Shown here: positions 20,092 to 28,952 of the stretch, piece after piece | Position numbering within the stretch: the stretch's first letter is position 1 | How the letters are laid out: every line of letters begins with the position of its first letter | Assembly (NCBI GenBank): GCA_038046605.1 | Contig: JBBSVW010000055.1 | Location: forward strand, 1-36,963 | Direction of reading: 5' to 3' | Origin: Candidatus Micrarchaeota archaeon | Lineage (GTDB): Archaea > Micrarchaeota > Micrarchaeia > Norongarragalinales > SBBD01 | Length of the DNA: 36,963 nucleotides | Program-made: the position numbers and the translations under genes | Notes under the pieces: generated by a model | Database searches by the model: none | Seen by the model: the letters and a program-made list of their open reading frames with translations, nothing else | What the model was told of the DNA's origin: nothing

Positions 20092-21474
20092 ATGATAAAG
20101 GAATACCAGACAGTCAAGGAAATTTTCGGGCCAATCATGTTCGTCGAGGGGGTCGAAAACGCAGCCTACGGCGAACTTATCGAAGTCATCCTTCCCAATG
20201 GCGATAAGCGCAAGGGGCAGGTTCTCGAAACCTCCAAGGGCCTTGCGGCAATCCAGATTTTTGGGACCACCCAGGGGCTTGACACAAAGGAAACAAGGAT
20301 CCGCTTTTCCGGCGATGTGCTTCGTTTTCCCGTTTCCGATGAGATGTTTGGGCGCGTTTTCAACGGTTCGGGGGAGCCAATTGACAAGGGGGCGCCAATA
20401 ATTTCAAAGGAAAAGCGCGATATCACCGGCAATGCAATCAACCCCTATGCTAGGGCCGAACCCAACCAGTTCATCCAAACCGGCATTTCGACAATTGATG
20501 TGACAAATACCCTTGTTAGGGGGCAAAAGCTTCCGATATTTTCGGGAGCCGGTCTTCCGCATAATGAACTTGCAGTGCAGATCGCAAGGCAGGCAACCGT
20601 GCTTGGGGAAAAGGAGGATTTTACCGTTATTTTTGCCGCCATGGGAATAACCCACTCCGAAGCGAACTTTTTTATCCAGGATTTCGAAAAAACCGGCGCG
20701 CTTGAAAAGGCCATTTTGTTTTTGAATTTGGCAAACGACCCTTCAGTTGAAAGGCTCTTGACTCCAAGGCTTGCCTTAACCACTGCCGAATACCTCGCAT
20801 TTGAAAAAGACTACCAAGTGCTTGTTATTCTTACCGACATGACCATGTATTGCGACACCTTAAGGGAATTATCCGCTGCAAGGCAGGAAGTGCCAGGAAG
20901 GAGGGGCTATCCCGGCTACATGTACACAGATCTTTCCTCCATTTACGAGCGTGCGGGAAGGATCAAGGGCAAAAAAGGCTCCATCACCCAGCTTCCAATC
21001 CTCTCCATGCCGGATGATGATATCACGCATCCAATTCCTGACCTTACAGGCTACATTACGGAAGGCCAAATAGTGCTCTCCAGGGATATTTACCGCAAGG
21101 GAATTTATCCAAGCGTGGATGTGCTCCCTTCACTTAGCCGGCTCATGAATTCGGGACTTGGCGAGGGAAAAACGCGCGAGGACCACTCCGGAATCTCATC
21201 ACAGGTTTATGCCAGCTACGCGGAAGGAAGGGATCTTCGAAACCTAGTGGCGGTTGTGGGAGAGGAAGCATTAACCGAGCGCGACCGCAAATTCCTGCGC
21301 TTTGCCGACGCATTCGAGCAAAGGTTTGTGACGCAGGGAAAATACGAGAACCGGACAATCGGGCAATCACTCGAGCTTTGCTGGGAATTAGTAGCATCGC
21401 TGCCTGAAGAGGAATTAAAGAGGGTAAAGCCGGAGCACAAAGCGAAGTATGGCAAAAAATACCGCAAAGTCTAA
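20092..21474 (+). CDS. atpB: A/V-type ATP synthase subunit B
   Basis: [55 protein letters not shown]; start moved to ATG 20092. Confidence 0.97.
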   Translation: MIKEYQTVKEIFGPIMFVEGVENAAYGELIEVILPNGDKRKGQVLETSKGLAAIQIFGTTQGLDTKETRIRFSGDVLRFPVSDEMFGRVFNGSGEPIDKGAPIISKEKRDITGNAINPYARAEPNQFIQTGISTIDVTNTLVRGQKLPIFSGAGLPHNELAVQIARQATVLGEKEDFTVIFAAMGITHSEANFFIQDFEKTGALEKAILFLNLANDPSVERLLTPRLALTTAEYLAFEKDYQVLVILTDMTMYCDTLRELSAARQEVPGRRGYPGYMYTDLSSIYERAGRIKGKKGSITQLPILSMPDDDITHPIPDLTGYITEGQIVLSRDIYRKGIYPSVDVLPSLSRLMNSGLGEGKTREDHSGISSQVYASYAEGRDLRNLVAVVGEEALTERDRKFLRFADAFEQRFVTQGKYENRTIGQSLELCWELVASLPEEELKRVKPEHKAKYGKKYRKV

Positions 21475-21561
21475 TTAAAGGGGTAGAGGCGACACGAGTA
21501 GGGGGAGTATCCCCCTGGAGGTGTCGAGCACAAAGCGAAGTATGGCAAAAAATACCGCAAA
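21433..21561 (+). mobile_element. 57-bp GTAG-hairpin insertion (21469-21525) flanked by perfect 36-bp direct repeats (21433-21468, 21526-21561)
   Basis: GAGCACAAAGCGAAGTATGGCAAAAAATACCGCAAA on both sides of GTCTAATTAAAGGGGTAGAGGCGACACGAGTAGGGGGAGTATCCCCCTGGAGGTGTC. Confidence 0.85.
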
Positions 21562-21643
21562 TAATACGTATTTTTGGTTTTTTAAAAAGGATTAGCTGTG
21601 CTTCCAAAAATTCAAAATAAAAAAAATCAGGTTAAAAATAAAT

Positions 21644-22030
21644 TCATTTCGCAGTGCTTGATGTAAGCGGGCAGCTTGTCAGGGCGCTTAATGTGGCAAG
21701 ATTCTGTTCCCCGGTGTACATTTTTCCCCCAATTTCCCACGTCGGGTAGCTCGTGATTCCTCTTTCCCTGCAAAGCGCAACCTTCGCATTTACCCCCCCC
21801 GCATCGCACTCCACATAATTCACATATTTAAAAGAATTCCCAAAATCCTTCTTTTGGTTTGCGCAATGCGAGCACCAATACGCGCCATACATAACCGCAT
21901 TGTTTTTCGTCAGGCACTGTGCAAAGGAATCATACTGTCCCGGCGCTGCCGAGGCGAAAAGCAATACCCCGCCTATTAAAATCACTGCAACAAGGCCTGC
22001 GATAATCAATTTGCTAACTGCCATTTCCAT
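21644..22030 (-). CDS. Membrane-anchored thioredoxin/glutaredoxin-fold protein
   Basis: N-terminal TM helix; MYGAYWCSHC, YVEC and ITSYPTW motifs. Confidence 0.85.
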   Translation of the reverse strand: MEMAVSKLIIAGLVAVILIGGVLLFASAAPGQYDSFAQCLTKNNAVMYGAYWCSHCANQKKDFGNSFKYVNYVECDAGGVNAKVALCRERGITSYPTWEIGGKMYTGEQNLATLSALTSCPLTSSTAK

Positions 22031-22327
22031 CCCCTCCGCATAATTTCATCCCCAACCTTTTTTAAGATGAGGTTTTATTGCGCAAGTAAATTCCAATTGC
22101 AGAAAAAGGCATTATATTGGATTATTTCCCTAATCAAACGGGAGGGCGAGGATTGTTAAATGCGGGTTCATTATTCGTGCAAACAGCGTCCCAAAGAAAC
22201 CTTTATAAATGAACTTCGTAATAAATGAAAGGCGTCTGATTCGCTTTGAACCATTCGGTCCATAGATGAGGCTAAAAGCCCTCAAGATTTGCACAGATCG
22301 CTATTAATTTCCATCCAAGTTGCGCTT

Positions 22328-22615
22328 ATGCGAAACAAAATGGGCAGGGAATATTCTTTCCTGCTGGATGAATTGATCGGCGAACAATTGCAGGTTTTGA
22401 AAGCAAGCGGCAAAGGCCTATCCGGTATCGTTGGGAAGGTTTTGGACGAGAGCAAGAACACGTTTTTGCTCGCAACTTCTAATGGAAGGAAAAGGATCCC
22501 CAAAAAGGGCACCACCTTTTATTTTCCAGGAATGCGCCTTGCCGTTAAGGGCGATATTATCGCTTTTCGGCCGCAGGACCGCACCAAGAAGCTATCAAAA
22601 GAATTGAAACTGTGA
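22328..22615 (+). CDS. rnp1: RNase P protein subunit Rpp29/POP4
   Basis: ELIGEQLQV, GIVGKVLDESKNT, RIPK, RPQDR; usual position upstream of rps17. Confidence 0.88.
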   Translation: MRNKMGREYSFLLDELIGEQLQVLKASGKGLSGIVGKVLDESKNTFLLATSNGRKRIPKKGTTFYFPGMRLAVKGDIIAFRPQDRTKKLSKELKL

Positions 22616-22621
22616 TGATTC

Positions 22622-23011
22622 ATGGCTAAAGAACCAACCGCTGAAATCGCAACTCCAAAAAAGAAGGAGGCCCCAAAAGCGCATGCAAAATCGACTAAAA
22701 AGAATGAGGAAATATATGCACCCCAAAAGCCAAGGGATGGCTGCGGGGATGTCCGCTGCCCAAGGCATGGGTCCCTAAAAACGCGTGGCCGGATTTTCGA
22801 AGGGAAAGTCGTCAGTGTGAAGGCTAAGAGGACTGCCGTTGTTGAATTGCAGTTCCTCCGCAAGGTTTCAAAATATGAACGGTTCGAAAAGCGCAAAAGC
22901 AAGCTTCACGTACACATCCCTGATTGCTATTCGCCCAAGGATGGGGACATCGTCAGGTTCATGGAATGCAGGAAGCTTTCCAAGACAAAAACATTCGTAA
23001 TTATCGATTAA
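22622..23011 (+). CDS. rps17: 30S ribosomal protein S17 (uS17)
   Basis: CPRHGSLKTRGRIFEGKVVS, KYERFEKR, ECRKLSKTK. Confidence 0.95.
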   Translation: MAKEPTAEIATPKKKEAPKAHAKSTKKNEEIYAPQKPRDGCGDVRCPRHGSLKTRGRIFEGKVVSVKAKRTAVVELQFLRKVSKYERFEKRKSKLHVHIPDCYSPKDGDIVRFMECRKLSKTKTFVIID

Positions 23012-23022
23012 GCTGAATTATT

Positions 23023-23181
23023 ATGAAAGATGAAAAGTTAGTTACAAAAAAAGAATTTTATGGAGGGATTGGAATATTGATGATTTTTCTTAGTTCGGCG
23101 CAACCTGAATTTTTTATGCGGATTGTTGCCCTCGTGATTGGAATTATTTTTATAATAATGGCAGCTACGATGAAGGATTGA
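23023..23181 (+). CDS. Small 52-aa two-helix membrane protein inside the ribosomal operon
   Basis: Hand translation MKDEKLVTKKEFYGGIGILMIFLSSAQPEFFMRIVALVIGIIFIIMAATMKD; fills the rps17-rpl14 gap. Confidence 0.6.
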   Translation: MKDEKLVTKKEFYGGIGILMIFLSSAQPEFFMRIVALVIGIIFIIMAATMKD

Positions 23182-23187
23182 TATTTT

Positions 23188-23583
23188 ATGCTAGGAGTAC
23201 CCGCAAGGATCACAAAAGCCCTCACAAGGGGAAGCAGGCTTATCGTTGATGATAATTCCGGCGCCAAAATTGTCGAGATCATCAGCATCATCGGGATTAA
23301 GGCAAGGCTTCGCAGGTATCCATCCGGCGGAGTTGGAAGCGTTATCCGTGTTGCAGTAAAGAAGGGAAAGCCCGACATGATCAAGAAAAAAGAGCTTGCA
23401 TTGATTGTGCGCCAAAAAAGGGAATTTAGGCGCGGAAAGGAGCGCGTTCGCTTTGAGGACAATGCGTGCGTATTAATTGACGATCAAAACCTTCCAAGGG
23501 GCACGGAAATCAAGGGCGCTGTTGCAAGGGAAATTTCCGAGAGATTCCCAAAGGTTGTTGCAATCGCAGCATCGGTAGTTTAA
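23188..23583 (+). CDS. rpl14: 50S ribosomal protein L14 (uL14)
   Basis: DDNSGAK, VKKGKP, IVRQK, FEDNACV, IKGAVARE. Confidence 0.96.
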   Translation: MLGVPARITKALTRGSRLIVDDNSGAKIVEIISIIGIKARLRRYPSGGVGSVIRVAVKKGKPDMIKKKELALIVRQKREFRRGKERVRFEDNACVLIDDQNLPRGTEIKGAVAREISERFPKVVAIAASVV

Positions 23584-23594
23584 GTTGATATAGC

Positions 23595-24113
23595 ATGAAA
23601 TTCGAAAAATCACTGACATTCCAGCCAAGGAAGAAAAGGAAGGCGCTTTACGCCAGGAAGGTCCATTTGGTTAAGCGGCTACTTCGCATCCATCTGAGCA
23701 AGGAATTGCGAAAAACATACAAAAAGCGCGCCCTTCTTGCCAAGAAGGGGGACAAGGTAAAGATCATTACCGGCGAGCACAAAAAAAAGGAGGGCAGAAT
23801 CATTGAAGTCGATACAAAGAATGCCAGAATATTCATTGAAGGCATCATACAAAAAAAGCAGGGCGGCAAGGAAAAATTTTTCCCGATGCAGCCATCCAAC
23901 TGCATCCTGATTGAATGGGCGCAGCCGCGCAGGAAGGAAATGAGGCAGAAAACATCAATTGCAAGGGCCCCATCCCAAATAAAGCCTGCACCAGCAACTT
24001 CCCAAAAGCCAATAGTGGCGGCAAGCGCGCAAAACCCAAATAAGCAAAATGCGCCTATAACCTCCGCAATTGGCGCCCCGGAAAAATCAACCGCGGCATC
24101 AGCCACGCAATAA
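23595..24113 (+). CDS. rpl24: 50S ribosomal protein L24 (uL24) with Ala/Pro-rich C-terminal tail
   Basis: QPRKKRK, LSKELRK, KGDKVKIITGEHK KOW motif. Confidence 0.92.
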   Translation: MKFEKSLTFQPRKKRKALYARKVHLVKRLLRIHLSKELRKTYKKRALLAKKGDKVKIITGEHKKKEGRIIEVDTKNARIFIEGIIQKKQGGKEKFFPMQPSNCILIEWAQPRRKEMRQKTSIARAPSQIKPAPATSQKPIVAASAQNPNKQNAPITSAIGAPEKSTAASATQ

Positions 24114-24154
24114 TTCAAGTTAAAAAAATTATGACCATCATTTGGTGAAAATTC

Positions 24155-24868
24155 ATGGCATTGAAAGGACACAACCGGCATTTGAAAAGGCTTGCAAGAA
24201 GCCCCATGCTCCCAATCCCCGCAAAGGGGGATCTTTGGCTTATCAAATCACAGGCGGGGGCGCACAAGAAGGACGAATCAATACCGCTGCTTGTGCTCAT
24301 GCGCGATCTTTTGAAAATCGTTGGCAATCTCAAGGAGGCAAAAAGGCTGCTTACATCCAGGGAAGTTTTGGTTGATGGTAAAATCAGGCGGGAGCCCGAT
24401 TTTGCAGTTGGCCTAATGGATATTGTTTCATTCCCCAAAATAAGGAAATTCTACCAGATTTTTACAATCAAGGGCAAGCTTCGCGTAATTCCGATTGATG
24501 AGAACGATGCCAAGCTAAAATCATGCCGCATCGTTGACAAAACGCCCATTACGGGCGGGAAAGTGCAGCTCAATTTGCACGATGGGAAGAACATTATAAT
24601 CGAAAAGGAGGAGGATAGGTTCAAGACCGGAGATACGGTTAGAATCACCATCCCGGGATACAAGGTTGATGCCTTCCTTAAGCTCGAAAAGGGATCAAAT
24701 TGCTACATTTACCGCGGCAAGCATTCCGGAACGCTTGGCACTCTCGAGCAAATCATTGAGCAGCCCGGCGGGCAGCCCTCGGATGCAAAGCTCAAGGTCG
24801 GAGGAGAGGAGCTAATCACAAGGAAGGATTATCTTTTTGCAGTTAGCAAGGAGTTCCACTTGGGTTAG
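24155..24868 (+). CDS. rps4e: 30S ribosomal protein S4e
   Basis: HLKRLA, SIPLLVLMRD, VDGKIR, VGLMD, QLNLHDG. Confidence 0.95.
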   Translation: MALKGHNRHLKRLARSPMLPIPAKGDLWLIKSQAGAHKKDESIPLLVLMRDLLKIVGNLKEAKRLLTSREVLVDGKIRREPDFAVGLMDIVSFPKIRKFYQIFTIKGKLRVIPIDENDAKLKSCRIVDKTPITGGKVQLNLHDGKNIIIEKEEDRFKTGDTVRITIPGYKVDAFLKLEKGSNCYIYRGKHSGTLGTLEQIIEQPGGQPSDAKLKVGGEELITRKDYLFAVSKEFHLG

Positions 24869-24957
24869 AATATGAATTGAAATAATGGGGTAGAGGCGAC
24901 ACGAGTAGGGGAAATATGTTCCCCTATAGGTGTCAAGGAGTTCCACTTGGGTTAGAA
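24848..24957 (+). mobile_element. 64-bp GTAG-hairpin insertion (24871-24934) flanked by perfect 23-bp direct repeats (24848-24870, 24935-24957)
   Basis: AAGGAGTTCCACTTGGGTTAGAA on both sides of TATGAATTGAAATAATGGGGTAGAGGCGACACGAGTAGGGGAAATATGTTCCCCTATAGGTGTC. Confidence 0.85.
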
Positions 24958-25052
24958 AAATTTGAAACATTGATTATGGAATGGAATTGGTAAGAGGGGA
25001 TTCACAAGCCCCATTCCAATTCGAAAAAAATATTAATAAGTGCAAAAAAATC

Positions 25053-25577
25053 ATGGCAAACGTAATGCAAAGCGTGCGGCTGGATAAGCTCACGCTAAAC
25101 ATAGGAATTGGCGCGCCAGGAGAGCGCCTTGAGAACGCAAAGGTGCTTCTTGAGCGCATAAGCGGAGGAAAAGCCGTGATGACGCAATCCAAGGACCGAA
25201 ACCCCACCTTCAAGATCAGGAAGGGGGATAATATCGGATGCAAGGTCACGCTTAGGGGCAAATCCGCAAAGGAGGTCCTGGTAAAAGCACTTGATGTGCG
25301 GGATAATGCGCTTGCGGAATCAAGTTTCGACAAGTTTGGCAACGTCGCATTTGGCGTCAAGGAATACATCGATTTCCCGGGGATGAAATACGACCCCAAG
25401 ATCGGGATGATGGGATTTGATGTCTGCATCACGCTTTCAAAGCCAGGGAAGCGCATAACTGTCCGAAAAATCGCAAGCCGAAAGCTTTCAAAAAAACAGC
25501 GGGTTGGAAGGGAGGAGGCAAAGGTGTTCATGGAAAGCGCCTACAAGGTAAAAATCGAGCTCCCGGTTGAGGAATAA
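25053..25577 (+). CDS. rpl5: 50S ribosomal protein L5 (uL5)
   Basis: KLTLNIGIG, FKIRKG, CKVTLRG, FDKFGN, YDPKIG; start moved to ATG 25053. Confidence 0.95.
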   Translation: MANVMQSVRLDKLTLNIGIGAPGERLENAKVLLERISGGKAVMTQSKDRNPTFKIRKGDNIGCKVTLRGKSAKEVLVKALDVRDNALAESSFDKFGNVAFGVKEYIDFPGMKYDPKIGMMGFDVCITLSKPGKRITVRKIASRKLSKKQRVGREEAKVFMESAYKVKIELPVEE

Positions 25578-25600
25578 GCCCTTTGGCATTCGTGCTTAAA

Positions 25601-25657
25601 GGGGGTTTGGGCATCCGACCAAACTAAGGGGGAAATGTGTGCCCCCTTGGGTTGGTC
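25601..25657 (+). repeat. Possible diverged copy of the hairpin element between rpl5 and rps14
   Basis: GGGGGTTTGGGCATCC-GACCAAAC-TAAGGGGG-AAATGTGTG-CCCCCTTG-GGTTGGTC; same two-tier stem and a loop similar to the 24887 copy. Confidence 0.45.
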
Positions 25658-25676
25658 AAGTAAATTGGTGAATTTG

Positions 25677-25838
25677 ATGGCAAAGCAAAACATTGACCTG
25701 AAATTCAAGCACCGCGGCACACGCAAGTGCAAAATTTGCGGCAACGTGCGCGGATTAATACAAAAATACGGCCTGTACATTTGCAGGAAATGCTTCCGTG
25801 AGCGTGCGGAGGAACTGGGCTTTAGGAAGTTTGGGTGA
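25677..25838 (+). CDS. rps14: 30S ribosomal protein S14 (uS14, zinc type)
   Basis: CKICG...IQKYGLYICRKCFRERAEELGF. Confidence 0.95.
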   Translation: MAKQNIDLKFKHRGTRKCKICGNVRGLIQKYGLYICRKCFRERAEELGFRKFG

Positions 25839-25844
25839 AATTTG

Positions 25845-26231
25845 ATGGTTGACACTTTGGCAGATGCCTTGAATACAATTTCCGTTTCGGAAACAAAGGG
25901 CAGGGATACCGCCCTCCTTAGGAGGCCCTCGAAAATACTCATGCGCATCCTTGAGATTTTCCAAATCGAGGGGTATGTTGAAAAGTATGAGTCATTGGAG
26001 GATTCCGCCGGCGTAATGATCAACGTCAAGCTTTCCGGGAAAATCAACAAGTGCAAGGCAATCAAGCCGCGGTTTTCCGTCAAGTCCCCGGATTGGGACA
26101 AGTGGGAGAGCAGGTACCTTCCTGCAAAGGGCATTGGAACAATCATAATAAGCACATCGAGCGGTATCATGACGCATAAGGATGCGAAGGATAGGAAAAT
26201 TGGCGGAAGGCTCATTGCCTTTGTTTATTAG
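25845..26231 (+). CDS. rps8: 30S ribosomal protein S8 (uS8)
   Basis: DTLADAL, INKCKAIKPRF, STSSGIMTH, GGRLIAFVY. Confidence 0.96.
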   Translation: MVDTLADALNTISVSETKGRDTALLRRPSKILMRILEIFQIEGYVEKYESLEDSAGVMINVKLSGKINKCKAIKPRFSVKSPDWDKWESRYLPAKGIGTIIISTSSGIMTHKDAKDRKIGGRLIAFVY

Positions 26232-26238
26232 TGGTAAT

Positions 26239-26748
26239 ATGGAAATCAAGGTTCCGGCAGGCTGCGACATCAAAGTCGAAGGAAATTTGGTAGTTGCAAC
26301 CATGTCGGGTGAATCCCATAAATTCCCATTCAATTCCAGGAAGGTAAAAGTCGAGGTTGCCGGCGATCTTGTCAAGATCACCCCGATCAAGAAACTGCGG
26401 CGCGAAACCCATGCGGTGATCAACAGCATGGCAAAGCACCTTGGCAATGTGTTCAAGGGCGATTTGGCGCCATACATAAAAAATCTTCAGGTCGTGTACG
26501 CCCACTTCCCAATCAGCATCGAGGTTAAGGGCGCACGGGTAACAATAAAGAACTTCCTTGGGGAAAAACTTCCGCGCCAGGCCGATATCGTGGGCAAGGT
26601 GCAGGTTAGCGTTTCCGGGCAGGATATAGTGGTCAAGGGCGCAAGCAAGGATGCCGTTGGCCAAACAGCTGCCAACATAATCCAGTCAGTGAAAATAACG
26701 GGGAAGGATAGGCGTGTTTTCCAGGATGGGATCTATCAGGTAAAATAA
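26239..26748 (+). CDS. rpl6: 50S ribosomal protein L6 (uL6)
   Basis: YAHFPI, NFLGEK, VGQTAANI, DRRVFQDGIY. Confidence 0.95.
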   Translation: MEIKVPAGCDIKVEGNLVVATMSGESHKFPFNSRKVKVEVAGDLVKITPIKKLRRETHAVINSMAKHLGNVFKGDLAPYIKNLQVVYAHFPISIEVKGARVTIKNFLGEKLPRQADIVGKVQVSVSGQDIVVKGASKDAVGQTAANIIQSVKITGKDRRVFQDGIYQVK

Positions 26749-26765
26749 AAATATTCGTGATAAAA

Positions 26766-27101
26766 ATGGTTAAGCACCCGAAATTCCAAAGGCCAAACCG
26801 CTCGATTGACAAGCGTGTGAAGGATACATGGAGGAAACCCCGCGGAATAGACAATAAGCAGCGGCAGAAATTGAAGTGGGCTGGAGCAGTTGTGAACAAG
26901 GGCTACCGCGGCGATGCATTGGTTCGGGGATTGCATCCGCTTGGGAAGAAGGAATTCATGATCCGGGGGCTTCCTGACTTTGAGAAGAACAAGGCGGTGC
27001 TTAAAAATTATGTGATCCGGCTTTCAGCTACCATTTCCAAGCATAACAAGGAAAAGATACGCAGGAAGGCTGCGGAGATGAAATTTATTGTCTTAAACTA
27101 G
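26766..27101 (+). CDS. rpl32e: 50S ribosomal protein L32e
   Basis: HPKFQR, WRKPRGIDNKQR, RGLHPLG. Confidence 0.94.
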   Translation: MVKHPKFQRPNRSIDKRVKDTWRKPRGIDNKQRQKLKWAGAVVNKGYRGDALVRGLHPLGKKEFMIRGLPDFEKNKAVLKNYVIRLSATISKHNKEKIRRKAAEMKFIVLN

Positions 27102-27121
27102 GAAAAGTTGGCGAAATTATT

Positions 27122-27571
27122 ATGTCAGTACAAACCGTTCGAAGGATTGCAGGAAAGCTCCTAAAAGCAGGCACAAGCCGCATAAGGATACTTGATGCAA
27201 AGCGCGCATCAGAGGCGCTCACACGCGAGGATGTTAGGGGTCTAATCAAGGAAAAGATAGTTATCGAGCTTCCAAAGAGGGGAATTTCAAGGGGCAAGGC
27301 GCGCATCACCCAAAGCAGGAAACAGGCGGGAAGGGGCAGGGGGGAGGGCAAGACCAAGGGCGCAAGGTATGCTGGCGTTTCAAGGAAGCAGCTATGGATG
27401 CGCAAGGTTAGGGCCCTTAGGAAAACCCTTAAGAACAATTCTTTCCGGCTTGAATCCGCGGATTACCGGATAATTTACAGGATGGTTTCCGGCAATGCGT
27501 TCCGGGGCAGGAAGCAATTGTTGGATTATGTCATGAAAACAAGCACGGATAAAAAAACAAGCCCTGAATAA
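27122..27571 (+). CDS. rpl19e: 50S ribosomal protein L19e
   Basis: RRIAGKLLK, TREDVRGLI, GRGRGEG, WMRKVRALR. Confidence 0.94.
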   Translation: MSVQTVRRIAGKLLKAGTSRIRILDAKRASEALTREDVRGLIKEKIVIELPKRGISRGKARITQSRKQAGRGRGEGKTKGARYAGVSRKQLWMRKVRALRKTLKNNSFRLESADYRIIYRMVSGNAFRGRKQLLDYVMKTSTDKKTSPE

Positions 27572-27605
27572 AAAAAAATAATTCGTTATAAAAGTGATTC
27601 GTTAA

Positions 27606-28112
27606 ATGACCAAGGCAACTGGCGCAATATTCCAGGTCCATTTCAGGAGAAGGAGGGAGGGCAGGACCGACTATCAAAAGCGCCTATCTCACCTCAAATC
27701 CGGAAAGGTTCGGATGATTGTTCGCAAAACCAACAAGTACGTTTACGTGGCGTTCGCAAATTTTGATTTGTTGGGCGATAGGATCATTGCATCCATCACT
27801 TCCAAATCACTTCTTAAGCTGGGCTACCCCGGCAAATGCAACACCCCTTCGGCATACTTAACCGGGCTTTACTGCGGAATGCTGGCAAAAGGAAAGGGAG
27901 TTACGCAGGCTGTTTTGGATATTGGCAGGCACGATGCAACCAAGGGCGGGCTGTTGTTCGCAGCGCTTAAGGGGGCATCCGATTGCGGCATCAAGATACC
28001 ATTTTCCGATTCCATATTGCCCGATGAGAATCGCCTTGCCGGCAGGCACCTTGAAGGGGATGGCGCATTGAAATTCGACGAATGCAAGGGCAAAATCATG
28101 AAAGTCAAGTAG
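27606..28112 (+). CDS. rpl18: 50S ribosomal protein L18 (uL18)
   Basis: FRRRREGRTDY, NTPSAYLTG, LDIG, FAALKG. Confidence 0.95.
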   Translation: MTKATGAIFQVHFRRRREGRTDYQKRLSHLKSGKVRMIVRKTNKYVYVAFANFDLLGDRIIASITSKSLLKLGYPGKCNTPSAYLTGLYCGMLAKGKGVTQAVLDIGRHDATKGGLLFAALKGASDCGIKIPFSDSILPDENRLAGRHLEGDGALKFDECKGKIMKVK

Positions 28113-28115
28113 AGG

Positions 28116-28913
28116 ATGATGTTGATGGGACGAGATAGGGATAGGGAGGAGAGGAATTGGATTCCAAGGACCGAAATTGGCAGGAAGGTTGCCGCAAAGG
28201 AGATCACAAACATCGATGAGATCCTTGCAAGCGGCAAGCGGATTTTGGAAACCGAGATAGTGGACGCCCTATTGCCCGACCTAAAGGATGAGGTTTTGCA
28301 AATCAAGAGCACCCAGCGCATGACCGCATACGGAAGGAAGCAGCAGATGCGCGCGGTTGTCATTTTGGGGAACCAAAGGGGCTACATCGCAGTTGGGGTA
28401 GGGAAGGCGGCGGAGGTCCGCGATGCAATTGCAGAAGCCATTGTTGAAGCCAAGAAAAACATAATTCGTGTACGCCTAGGATGCGGCTCATGGGAGTGCG
28501 GCTGCGGCTCTGCGCATTCGCTTAGGCAAAAAGTCAGCGGAAAAAGCTCATCCACGCAGGTTACAATTGAGCCGGCGCCTAGGGGAATTGGCCTTGTGGC
28601 CGGCGAAAACACCAAGAAGGTTTTGGAGCTTGCCGGAGTGAGCGATTGCTGGACATTTTCAAGGGGAAGGACAAGGAACATCCTTAATGCGGTTTTGGCA
28701 ACGCTAAAGGCGCTAAATTCTGCCAACATGCTAAAGCAGGGCAAATATTTCGTCGAGGAAATAGCAAAAATTGAAGTGGAAATAAAGGAGGAGCCCAAAT
28801 CAGGGGAGGAAATTGCATTAAAAGAGGGCGGGGAGGCAAATGCGCAAGGGGCGGCAAAAATCGAAGGAGCCGAAAATATTGAAAAACCATCCAGTGAGCC
28901 AGCCACACCTTAA
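28116..28913 (+). CDS. rps5: 30S ribosomal protein S5 (uS5) with acidic C-terminal tail
   Basis: WIPRTEIG, GCGSWECGC, PAPRGIGLV. Confidence 0.96.
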   Translation: MMLMGRDRDREERNWIPRTEIGRKVAAKEITNIDEILASGKRILETEIVDALLPDLKDEVLQIKSTQRMTAYGRKQQMRAVVILGNQRGYIAVGVGKAAEVRDAIAEAIVEAKKNIIRVRLGCGSWECGCGSAHSLRQKVSGKSSSTQVTIEPAPRGIGLVAGENTKKVLELAGVSDCWTFSRGRTRNILNAVLATLKALNSANMLKQGKYFVEEIAKIEVEIKEEPKSGEEIALKEGGEANAQGAAKIEGAENIEKPSSEPATP

Positions 28914-28952
28914 AATCCGATATGAATATATATTATTTACATGGTGAACCAA

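Noticed and set aside
21433-21561. CRISPR mini-array (36-bp repeat, spacer, repeat)
   Set aside because: The repeat is atpB coding sequence, the middle part is what recurs elsewhere, and there are no cas genes
24981-25052. N-terminal extension of L5
   Set aside because: The region is a hairpin-containing spacer; the conserved protein starts at 25053
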